A DNA stretch of 64,000 bases, from positions 128,001 through 192,000 of IMG/VR virus record IMGVR_UViG_3300028048_000045; one strand, written 5' to 3'. This DNA comes from a virus. Its lineage: Duplodnaviria > Caudoviricetes. This document shows, in pieces, positions 19,056 through 27,589 of this stretch. The position numbers and the translations under genes were made by a program. The notes under the pieces were generated by a model. The model saw nothing but the letters and a program-made list of their open reading frames with translations, did not search any database and had not been told where the DNA came from. Numbering within the stretch: position 1 is the first letter of the stretch; every line of letters starts with the position of its first letter.

Positions 19056-19089
19056 AAAAAAAGAGAGGATTTTTTAACCCTCTCTTTTA
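19056..19089. terminator. Intrinsic terminator
   Basis: AAAAGAGAGG...CCTCTCTTTT. Confidence 0.75.
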
Positions 19090-19093
19090 CATT

Positions 19094-20371
19094 TTATGAA
19101 TCAAATTGAATAAATTTCTTCATATTTGCAGGATATGTTTTGATAGTTAAATCATGCATCTTTTTCATAGATTTATTAAGAGAAGCATTCATTGGAATAC
19201 TAGATGTTAATCCAATATTCTTAATATTCATAATGTAGAATGAATCTCCAGCACATTTATTACATACAGATTTCTTTCCTTTACAATATAAAGGTGTACG
19301 AATTTTAATTGTTTTACCAATTAACTGTTGTAATATATCAGATGTTAATCTAACTTCTTTACCATTAATCAATGCATATCTAAACAGAATACTCTGCCAG
19401 TTTCCTTTTTCAACTTCATATGTTAAATAACCGTGTGAACCACAATCTGATCCTTTAACATCTAGTGTTACAGTTTGCATCATACCATTTGTATATTTAG
19501 CAAATGTACCACCTTTAGCAGTATTAACGCCGCGAGAATATGAAGCGTACAAAGCTTTATTTGCAATAAGGTCAAAGTTTTCAGGAGTAATTCCATCATT
19601 AAAAGCATTATTATTGATACGGAATTTACCAGTTGTTAAATCCATCATAGGACCATTTTCAATAACAGAGTTTTTATAGTTATTACCAAAATTAGGTTTC
19701 TTAACTTCATAAAGACGAAATGAAGGATCTTTTCCTAATTCTTCTTTAGCTTTATTTACTAAAGGATCTTCAATAAGTTTCTTATAATTAGCAATAACGT
19801 TATTATCAATAACTTCATTTTTAAGAAATTCCGGATGTTCTTTAAGTAACTGTTCTTTTAATTTCTTAACTTCTGGATTAGGAATAATTAATGCTGCTGA
19901 TACACCAGGTGTAAAAATTTCAGTATTATATCCCATCCAACACACAGTATTTTGATAAACCGCAAACTCATCAACTGATATTTTACCTTCCATAAGAAGC
20001 ATACCTAATTTAGAATTAAGTTTACCAAAATTATCTTTACCCATTGTCACGTTCATATATTCGAACTTATTACCAAAAGCATTTGCTATAATAAATGCAT
20101 TGAAAATAAAAATTCCAATAGTTGTATCTTTAACAGCTTTAGTTTGATTTGAAAGAATGTTTGCTGGCAAATCAAAATAATCAGTTACATTATATTTTGC
20201 GGGGCTCATGGTAATATTACCATCTTCATCTTGAGTTTGTGCTCCGCGAGAAAATAATTCAGTTAAAAAAGAACGAGTAACATTTTTAGGATCTGCAAGT
20301 TTTAAAATATCGTCTTTTATTTTATCCCATTCAAGTTTTCTATATACACCATAGTTATCTACAGCATTCAT
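19094..20371 (-). CDS. Split RNA polymerase beta'-like subunit, C-terminal part (probably virion RNAP)
   Basis: Bridge-helix-like SRGVNTAKGGTFAKY, DCGS, the Zn site IRTPLYC...VCNKCAG, NIGL, and the trigger-loop-like SMKKMH. A late-type promoter upstream suggests the virion enzyme. Confidence 0.85.
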   Translation of the reverse strand: MNAVDNYGVYRKLEWDKIKDDILKLADPKNVTRSFLTELFSRGAQTQDEDGNITMSPAKYNVTDYFDLPANILSNQTKAVKDTTIGIFIFNAFIIANAFGNKFEYMNVTMGKDNFGKLNSKLGMLLMEGKISVDEFAVYQNTVCWMGYNTEIFTPGVSAALIIPNPEVKKLKEQLLKEHPEFLKNEVIDNNVIANYKKLIEDPLVNKAKEELGKDPSFRLYEVKKPNFGNNYKNSVIENGPMMDLTTGKFRINNNAFNDGITPENFDLIANKALYASYSRGVNTAKGGTFAKYTNGMMQTVTLDVKGSDCGSHGYLTYEVEKGNWQSILFRYALINGKEVRLTSDILQQLIGKTIKIRTPLYCKGKKSVCNKCAGDSFYIMNIKNIGLTSSIPMNASLNKSMKKMHDLTIKTYPANMKKFIQFDS

Positions 20372-20397
20372 AAGACAACCTCTTTATCAAATAATTA

Positions 20398-20409
20398 TAT
20401 TCAAATGTC
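20398..20409 (-). promoter_or_regulatory. Late-type promoter GACA-N6-TA
   Basis: Minus strand GACA TTTGAA TA. Confidence 0.6.
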
Positions 20410-20472
20410 GACTGTAATGAAAAATTAAATCATTGACGACTATCTAATATATTTAAGATAAGGAGTTAATAA

Positions 20473-20748
20473 ATGGAAAATCAAATTATTCCTGGTGGTT
20501 TTTACAAACATTATAAAGGAACCACTGTTCAATTAGTTTCAGAAGGTATCGATGTTTCTACAAAAGAACCGATCATTATTTATAGGTATATGAATCCAGA
20601 AACAGTAGAATACGAATATTTCTCTAGAACTAAAAAAGATTTCTTTGGTAAAGTAGATAAGGAAAAATATCCAAATGCTCCGCAAGAAACTAAATTCAAA
20701 TATCTTAAAAGCGCATCAACTATCGTTATTAATGTAACTGATTTTTAA
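20473..20748 (+). CDS. DUF1653-like protein
   Basis: GGFYKHYKG...IIYR...FSR...FF...KYP...KF pattern typical of DUF1653; AAGGAG RBS. Confidence 0.75.
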   Translation: MENQIIPGGFYKHYKGTTVQLVSEGIDVSTKEPIIIYRYMNPETVEYEYFSRTKKDFFGKVDKEKYPNAPQETKFKYLKSASTIVINVTDF

Positions 20749-20784
20749 AAAAAAAGATGGGTCATTTAGGCCCACCTTTTTTTC
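20747..20784. terminator. Bidirectional terminator between convergent genes
   Basis: Imperfect stem AAAAAAGATGGGTC/GGCCCACCTTTTTT. Confidence 0.65.
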
Positions 20785-20800
20785 AGCTGTTAATCAGGAA

Positions 20801-21322
20801 TTACTGATTTGTAGTATCAGTAGTTGTTCCTTTTTTAGCTGACTTTTTCAAACTCTCACGGAGTGTTTCCATCTCCTTCAAGAGTCTTTTGTTTTCAGCT
20901 TCGAACGCATCGCGTTCTGACTGAACCTGGTCTACATGTTCAGTGAATCCGAAGATATCCTTGAACATGTTTACAATCGATTTGCAATATTCTTTCAAGA
21001 ATTCTGCAACTGATTTGAGGGATCCGGCTTCAGCTTTGACCTGGTTAATTGACCAGGTTGCGAATTCCTTAATTTCTTCGGTAGAACCTTCGAATTCGAT
21101 GCGAGTTTCTGAGTTTCTAGAGATGGAATATTCTCCATCTACTACAAGCTTAGAAAGGAGATCGGTGATATCGTTTGGCTCTGCGGCAGTTTCGTGTTTG
21201 CCGGTATTACCATTGAAGAGTTTACTGAACCATTTTCCAGATCCAACATTACCATCAAAATGGAAATTTGATTTTCCATTTCCACTTGAATTCTTTGAAA
21301 GAACATAACTTACTTTTGCCAT
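20801..21322 (-). CDS. Hypothetical protein (173 aa), probable early gene
   Basis: AGGGGG RBS, C-terminal coiled coil, own promoter and leader hairpin. Confidence 0.8.
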   Translation of the reverse strand: MAKVSYVLSKNSSGNGKSNFHFDGNVGSGKWFSKLFNGNTGKHETAAEPNDITDLLSKLVVDGEYSISRNSETRIEFEGSTEEIKEFATWSINQVKAEAGSLKSVAEFLKEYCKSIVNMFKDIFGFTEHVDQVQSERDAFEAENKRLLKEMETLRESLKKSAKKGTTTDTTNQ

Positions 21323-21377
21323 TTGTCTTACCCCCTATGGCTATTAAAAATTTTATAGGATTTTCTTCTTTAGTATC

Positions 21378-21421
21378 CTATTCATTATAATAATATATAA
21401 AAAAAAAGATTTCATTTGCAA
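21378..21421 (-). promoter_or_regulatory. Early-type promoter TTGCAA-N18-TATATT-ATTATAATGAATAG
   Basis: Shares about 25 bp with 2625-2650, and shares the TTGyAA-N18-TATATT spacing with 62499-62528. Confidence 0.6.
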
Positions 21422-21424
21422 AAT

Positions 21425-21455
21425 AAAGATACAGAGGGTTCGACCCTCTGTATCA
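21425..21455 (-). terminator. Intrinsic terminator
   Basis: GATACAGAGGG-ttcga-CCCTCTGTATC. Confidence 0.85.
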
Positions 21456-21573
21456 ATAAATAAGTACGACTTATTCAAGGCAAAAGTAGGAGTTTAACAT
21501 GACAAAAAAGTACGTTACGCAAAGAAACGGACTTAAGAGACATATATGCAAAAGCAGCGCAAAAAGCGTTAGT

Positions 21574-22584
21574 TTATGAATAGATTCTATATTGGAAATC
21601 TATAGTTGAGTTATCGCGAGCAACCGAATAAGGATCGAATGTTAAGTGAGCAAACAACTCTGCATCATAGATTTCTGAATTCAATTTAATATTATTCAAG
21701 TTAGCTGTTGATTCTGACAAATCAGCAACTGGAGTAAGAACGTCATTACTATCTTTGTAAGCATCCAAACCGGTAATAAGACCGATTTCAGAAATACTTG
21801 CATTCTCAAGTGATTTATCAATAAAGGTAAACCATTCTTTAAATTCTTCAGCACTAATCTTCATACCCATATCGATGTAGTTAGTTTGAACTTTGTCACC
21901 TTTGAATGAGTTAACATAACCACCAACAGTTTCAGCATTTGGATCTTTAGCTGTATCGGCCCACATCGGAGTATAAGGTTTTCCATCAACCATCATTTGG
22001 ATACCGTCGGTATCATTGAAGTTGATTTTCTTGAAATAATATCCTTTCCAACCAGCAAATCTTGAATTTGATGGATAAATAATTTCCATCTTATACTGAC
22101 TTCTAATATCATTAGGAAGTGTATCATTTACCGGGATAAAGCGGAAAGGAATCATATTATAAAGTTTATTGTCTGTAGAATGAGGAGGCCATGAAGTATT
22201 ATAAACTGTACCATTAATAGCACCATCACCAGCACACCAATATTCTACTTTTCTTCTTCTGAAAAGATCAGAAGGCAATCTATCATTATGAGCTACAACT
22301 GTTGGAACTGAATCTCCAGTAGCAGGATCATATTCGCCAAGAACATTGCTATTAATAAACAAATGTTGTGACATATCCGGTTTAATAGGGAAATTGTCTT
22401 CAAGTAACTTTGTACGTCCTAAAAGAACAGTTTTGTTTTTACAAACTTTAATTTCCTGTGATCCTTCACTTTTACAGTTTTTAGCAGTAATAACAACACA
22501 TGTATCAAAACCTGTTTGATTCTGTTTAATATTTAAATCATCTGGAGTAATCAAACCATCAGATATTTTAACAAGTTTACGCAT
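21574..22584 (-). CDS. Probable virion structural (baseplate-like) protein
   Basis: Last gene of a late operon. Start moved to the ATG at 22584 (MRKLVKIS), which has AGGAG upstream and overlaps the upstream stop. Beta-rich composition. Confidence 0.65.
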   Translation of the reverse strand: MRKLVKISDGLITPDDLNIKQNQTGFDTCVVITAKNCKSEGSQEIKVCKNKTVLLGRTKLLEDNFPIKPDMSQHLFINSNVLGEYDPATGDSVPTVVAHNDRLPSDLFRRRKVEYWCAGDGAINGTVYNTSWPPHSTDNKLYNMIPFRFIPVNDTLPNDIRSQYKMEIIYPSNSRFAGWKGYYFKKINFNDTDGIQMMVDGKPYTPMWADTAKDPNAETVGGYVNSFKGDKVQTNYIDMGMKISAEEFKEWFTFIDKSLENASISEIGLITGLDAYKDSNDVLTPVADLSESTANLNNIKLNSEIYDAELFAHLTFDPYSVARDNSTIDFQYRIYS

Positions 22585-25552
22585 AATTTTTAGTTTCTCC
22601 TGTAGAAGTTTCAATCGTCAATTTACCATCCGATAAATTTATCGAATCTGTAATAGTCGATTTAATATTTATAGATAATTGATGTTTCAATTCTAATAAA
22701 TCTAATATTTTACAAGCACATTGCGTTAATATCGGATCGTATTTAAATTGATCATCTATATATTGAATTGTTGAATTTTCAATCTTCATATCATTATTTA
22801 TATTATCATAAAGAACGTTGTAAGCATTTAGATAGTATGTGTATAATAATTCAAATTCATCGCTACCTAAATCTACATTCAAAGAAGATTTAATATACTC
22901 ACGTAATCCAATTTTATCAATTGGTTTATACGTTTGCCAAACATTAATCGGGTTATAGAATAATTGAATATCCAAACCTTCATAAGATTTATCACCAAAC
23001 GTATAACGATAATCGATGGAATAAAGTTCTGAGAATACTGATAAGAATTCATTAAACAAAATAATCATATCATTGATATAATCTGAAGATGAACCGGATG
23101 TATCTGAATTTTCAGCTTCATATACTAATTTTGAAAATGAATCATTTACCCATTGTTTAAACACATCGATAATTTCATTTTGTAGTCTTGTTATTTCTAC
23201 ATTAGTAGGATTTTTTCCTAATTTGTCAAGTATATAAACTTTAAGTTTATCAGCTTCCAAACTAGTTAAATATTCAGTAAATGTAGTACAATCTCTAAAA
23301 ATGAAATAGATACTATTATTAGTTCTAGATTGATTAAGAATATAAGTCCAAGCTTGGAATTCTCTAAAATCGTAAGAATTTCTTAATTTCCAAGTAATAC
23401 GTTTTAGAAGATTAGGATATTGATTTTTATAATCATCTACCAATTCTTCAAATGTAGTATTGCTTGTAAATTCACCAAGCTGTCGTCCATTGGAATAGAA
23501 TCTGTATACAGTCATGTAATCTGAAAGATCTTCATCATCAATATCAAGATGCTTATGTCCATCAGCTGGAATTTTATCCAATGTTACAATATCTTTAAGT
23601 CTTACAGTTTCAATTCTTTCACCATCAACACCAACGAAGAAATCTTTAAAATCCTCTTCATTTTCTTTAATAAAATCTACAACTTTCCAAGTTGCAATTT
23701 CTGGAGAAATATCATATTGTGTTACGACTCTACCATCTACAATAACTTTATTTTCAAATGAAGTTTTTTCTAGAGCAAATTTTCCAAGTTGTCTAAAAAC
23801 TGCTGTAGAATTTATAACACAGTTATCCTTAATAATTACATCAGGATTTGAATAATTCTTCATCTGTTGTAACCAACATATTGCACCGAACAATGCAGCT
23901 GGTGGAACAGCTATATCAGCTTTAAAGAATGTTTTAATTTCGAAAAATTCTGGAGAGTCATTCTGATCAAAGAATTTCAACATCAAATAAAGTAAATCTC
24001 TAATTTGACGCTGTGATTCCAAAATATCTACAGTTCTTGTTAATGTAATATAACGTGTTAAGATTGAGTTGAAGTTTAATGCAAGTAATTCTTTTTTCAG
24101 AACTTCCTTTTTACTAGATTTTAACTCATTAGTGTCATCTGTAGACCAACCACCCCATAATTTGTCTTCATTAACAAAAATATCATAATCATGAATGATA
24201 TCTTCAGATGTTTTAGTATTAACATCTGTGGCAGAAACTTCTCTAAATACTAAATCTATAGAATTTTCCAATCCTCTAGATGTATCAATACTGATAGAAG
24301 CATCGTCGTCAGTTCTATATTTCTTTTCAAGATAATAACGTTTTAATTGCACATTAGGATCTTCAAGAATTTTTTCAAGAATAAGATTAAGAACGTAGTT
24401 ATTTCCTTTATTAGCGATTAAGTCGTTTAAGTTTTTAACAACTCGTTCTTTCAATTTAACATCACTGATTTTAGTTAAAGAAGAATATCCGTGTGAATTA
24501 AGAATATCGTTAAGATTCTTTTCGGTATAAATACCTAAAGAATATTTTTCAATATATGAATTCGAATAATTGATAATCGTATAATACAAAAGATTTTCAA
24601 TCATAAGAATATTATACAATGGTTGTTTACTATCGAATCCATCTATATAATCAAGTAAAACTTGTGTTTTAGCTTTATTATATGCTTTGAAAAAATAAGT
24701 CAATTCTGTATCAGATAAAACATTCTTTTTATATTTGATAATATCATAATTTCCCATCATTCTTAATTTAAATGGTGTATAAGATTCGCCAATAAATTTT
24801 AAATAATTGTAATTAGGATATTTTTCAATTACTTCATCAATGTGATCTTGAAGTATATAATACGAATATGTTAACGGATAATCTTCACTATTAATATCGT
24901 GAGCTTTAACCAGATTAATTGTATAAAGTTTATCATGAATTGCTAAAGCTGGAGCCCATGAACCTGTTGTTAAATAGAAATTAAGAGGATAAAATAATTT
25001 ATCTTCTTTATCGTAATAATAATATTGAGTATACGGATCTGGAGGTGAAGAATAATCTTCAATTAAACTATAACCCATTTCACCTTTATCAATATTTATT
25101 AAATAAACGATTTCAGCATTTGAATTTGGAACTCCCATGAATTGTCTATAATATTCATTTTTTTCTTCATATAGATAAATTCTAGATATTCGTAAAGCTG
25201 TTAAATAATCTTTATAAAGTTCTTTGTCTTTATTATCTTCCAAATCTTTAAAAGAAGATTCAGTCAACATATCTAAAACCAATTCATTATATATATATGG
25301 TTTAGATTTATCCGAAGATAAATAAACATGTACATACTCTTTATATTTCCTACGATCATCTTTATCATAATCGCTAAAATGATCAGTTTTAGTATATGCA
25401 CCATAATATGCATAGTAGTTTGCTATAGATTCCGAAGTTTCTTTTCTATTAGCTTCGTATTTGTTTTTGATAACTAAACTTCCAATAAAGTCTGCTATCT
25501 TTTCAATTTCCGCGGCTCCAGTTTCGGAGCGATAGACGTTCTCAAAACTCAT
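22577..25552 (-). CDS. Large probable virion structural protein (991 aa)
   Basis: Long ORF in a translationally coupled operon behind a GACA-N6-TA motif. Confidence 0.7.
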   Translation of the reverse strand: MSFENVYRSETGAAEIEKIADFIGSLVIKNKYEANRKETSESIANYYAYYGAYTKTDHFSDYDKDDRRKYKEYVHVYLSSDKSKPYIYNELVLDMLTESSFKDLEDNKDKELYKDYLTALRISRIYLYEEKNEYYRQFMGVPNSNAEIVYLINIDKGEMGYSLIEDYSSPPDPYTQYYYYDKEDKLFYPLNFYLTTGSWAPALAIHDKLYTINLVKAHDINSEDYPLTYSYYILQDHIDEVIEKYPNYNYLKFIGESYTPFKLRMMGNYDIIKYKKNVLSDTELTYFFKAYNKAKTQVLLDYIDGFDSKQPLYNILMIENLLYYTIINYSNSYIEKYSLGIYTEKNLNDILNSHGYSSLTKISDVKLKERVVKNLNDLIANKGNNYVLNLILEKILEDPNVQLKRYYLEKKYRTDDDASISIDTSRGLENSIDLVFREVSATDVNTKTSEDIIHDYDIFVNEDKLWGGWSTDDTNELKSSKKEVLKKELLALNFNSILTRYITLTRTVDILESQRQIRDLLYLMLKFFDQNDSPEFFEIKTFFKADIAVPPAALFGAICWLQQMKNYSNPDVIIKDNCVINSTAVFRQLGKFALEKTSFENKVIVDGRVVTQYDISPEIATWKVVDFIKENEEDFKDFFVGVDGERIETVRLKDIVTLDKIPADGHKHLDIDDEDLSDYMTVYRFYSNGRQLGEFTSNTTFEELVDDYKNQYPNLLKRITWKLRNSYDFREFQAWTYILNQSRTNNSIYFIFRDCTTFTEYLTSLEADKLKVYILDKLGKNPTNVEITRLQNEIIDVFKQWVNDSFSKLVYEAENSDTSGSSSDYINDMIILFNEFLSVFSELYSIDYRYTFGDKSYEGLDIQLFYNPINVWQTYKPIDKIGLREYIKSSLNVDLGSDEFELLYTYYLNAYNVLYDNINNDMKIENSTIQYIDDQFKYDPILTQCACKILDLLELKHQLSINIKSTITDSINLSDGKLTIETSTGETKNYA

Positions 25553-26283
25553 ATATTCGGTATCTCCGCTTTAGAAGTTACGTATTTAATATTGTATTGA
25601 GTGAATACAGGTTTAAATACATTCAATTTATTATTTTCCAAATTAGCCTGATAATGAATAAAGTAATTCTTAAGATCAGCTCTATTTTTTGGAGAAAGAT
25701 ATTGCCCATATTCTTTAATAAATCCTACTAAATCACCAAAAGTCATATCGAGTGATAAGAATGGCGCTATCTTAGGATTATCCATAGATTTATGAGCGGT
25801 CTCCGATAACATTACAGTTTGTACCAGTTTTCGTCTATGTAAATCTAATACTTCAGCTGCAATATCAAATGTGTTTATATCATTAGCGTTCTCTCGCAAA
25901 TGTTTTTCAAGTACAATAGAAACATAATCATACAATGTGAAAATTGGTCCGTGATGCATTTCTATTTTAGTTTTATCACCTTTTTCAGATTTAATATTTC
26001 CAAAAACAGAACATCGATCTAACTTACAATCTACTTTAAGATATGCTACATAAGCTTTATAAAGTTTAGATCTTCTAACTCTATTTTCAACAGATTTTAT
26101 AAATTTTTCACGAATTTTAGAATCTGATAAATCCAATGGTGATTTGTCAAATGGAAGATAATAATATTGAGCATCTTCCATACAAACTTGTACAGTTCCA
26201 TTTGATGTTTCTTTAGAAATGATATTAACCATTTTATTAGTTGTAGCTGGTAAATCTGGTGTCACATTAGTTAATTTAGCCAT
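25549..26283 (-). CDS. HNH/His-Me-finger-like protein; paralog of 34398-35147
   Basis: C...IEMHHGPIFTLYDY...LVQTVMLSETAH. Confidence 0.55.
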   Translation of the reverse strand: MAKLTNVTPDLPATTNKMVNIISKETSNGTVQVCMEDAQYYYLPFDKSPLDLSDSKIREKFIKSVENRVRRSKLYKAYVAYLKVDCKLDRCSVFGNIKSEKGDKTKIEMHHGPIFTLYDYVSIVLEKHLRENANDINTFDIAAEVLDLHRRKLVQTVMLSETAHKSMDNPKIAPFLSLDMTFGDLVGFIKEYGQYLSPKNRADLKNYFIHYQANLENNKLNVFKPVFTQYNIKYVTSKAEIPNI

Positions 26284-26303
26284 AAATCTACCTCAAAAAT
26301 TTA

Positions 26304-26315
26304 TATTTAAATGTC
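26304..26315 (-). promoter_or_regulatory. Late-type promoter GACA-N6-TA
   Basis: Minus strand GACA TTTAAA TA. Confidence 0.6.
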
Positions 26316-26325
26316 GAGCTTTAAA

Positions 26326-26356
26326 GAAAAAAAGAGAGGGATCAAATCCCTCTCTA
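26326..26356 (-). terminator. Intrinsic terminator
   Basis: AGAGAGGGAT-caa-ATCCCTCTCT with a U-tract. Confidence 0.85.
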
Positions 26357-26383
26357 AATTTAGTTCAATTAATCAAGTAACAT

Positions 26384-26617
26384 TTAAGACAGGCTATCAA
26401 CAATCGCTTTGATGACAATTACTGGCAACCATGTAAATGTGATTGTTAAAATCATATCTTGTATAGTTGCTTGTCTCCACAAAGCAGGTTGTTTTTTCCT
26501 AAAATTAGAATCATGGGTACATCTGATAAAATATATCAACCTTTCGATAAACATAAATACAGATGTGGCACAATAAACGACTAATAACGATATTAAGAAG
26601 AAATCACCATCAACCAT
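26384..26617 (-). CDS. Small two-TM membrane protein (77 aa)
   Basis: Two hydrophobic helices; AGGAGGGG RBS. Confidence 0.7.
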   Translation of the reverse strand: MVDGDFFLISLLVVYCATSVFMFIERLIYFIRCTHDSNFRKKQPALWRQATIQDMILTITFTWLPVIVIKAIVDSLS

Positions 26618-26643
26618 TTATTCCCCTCCTTTTTTAGTTTTGA

Positions 26644-27489
26644 TTAATCAAATTTTGATTTCAATGCAGCAAGATGTTTATGAGCAATATCATGAAGTGA
26701 ACAGATATCCATTTCAACAATTGACTCTCTTTCTCCTTCTTTTGAACTGTCATCAACGATGATAAGATTGAAGATGAAAGTAGCATCGAAGATATCAATA
26801 GTTCTTTCAACTTCGCCCCATTCCTTAATAAGATTAAAGAATGTTTCAATGATACCCATATACTTAGAAATCAGTTTATCATTAAGATCCTCAATTTTCT
26901 TAGTAATAGTTTCAACTGCAGCATTAGTAGCTGCACCTCCAGTGCTCTGAAGTTTCTTAGCAGCCTGATCAGCAGCATTAAGTTCTGACTGAAGTTCAAT
27001 AATTTCGCGGCTACCAATGAATCCTGTAATATTTCCAGAATCATCGAATGTAGACAATGGAGCGAAATCTTTGATAGACAATTCTTTACAAATCAAACCT
27101 TTTGTAGGACTTGTAATAGCTGCCTTGAATTTAACTTCTTCAAAATCTTTTCCAATAACGTTATTACCATACATTCTGGCAAATCTATCATAGATAGAAA
27201 CCACGAATAAAGCAATGTCGTTCATCAGATTGAAATTGTTTGAAGCAATATCATTCTTAATACTTTCGATATTGAATGAAGCAGTGTCTGAAATTGAAAG
27301 GTTGATCAGATCTTCTTTTGAATTTGTAAGATCGTAAAAATTGTCACCTACAATACGTCTGATTGTCTGAATAGGTGCTTCAAAACGATCGATAACCATT
27401 TTAGATGACGGTTCCAATCCTTTGAAATAAATTCCTGTTGCTTCTTTAACAACTGGAGATGCTTTTTTATAAAAAGCGTGATTTATCAT
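26644..27489 (-). CDS. Hypothetical protein (281 aa)
   Basis: AGGAGG RBS; TATATTATATTAC motif upstream. Confidence 0.8.
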   Translation of the reverse strand: MINHAFYKKASPVVKEATGIYFKGLEPSSKMVIDRFEAPIQTIRRIVGDNFYDLTNSKEDLINLSISDTASFNIESIKNDIASNNFNLMNDIALFVVSIYDRFARMYGNNVIGKDFEEVKFKAAITSPTKGLICKELSIKDFAPLSTFDDSGNITGFIGSREIIELQSELNAADQAAKKLQSTGGAATNAAVETITKKIEDLNDKLISKYMGIIETFFNLIKEWGEVERTIDIFDATFIFNLIIVDDSSKEGERESIVEMDICSLHDIAHKHLAALKSKFD

Positions 27490-27589
27490 ATTTTTCCTCC
27501 TATATGATAAAAATATTTTTAGTATTCTAGTAATATAATATATTAACCAAAAAAGGATAAGTTTTTAAGCTCATCCTTTTTTAATCATT

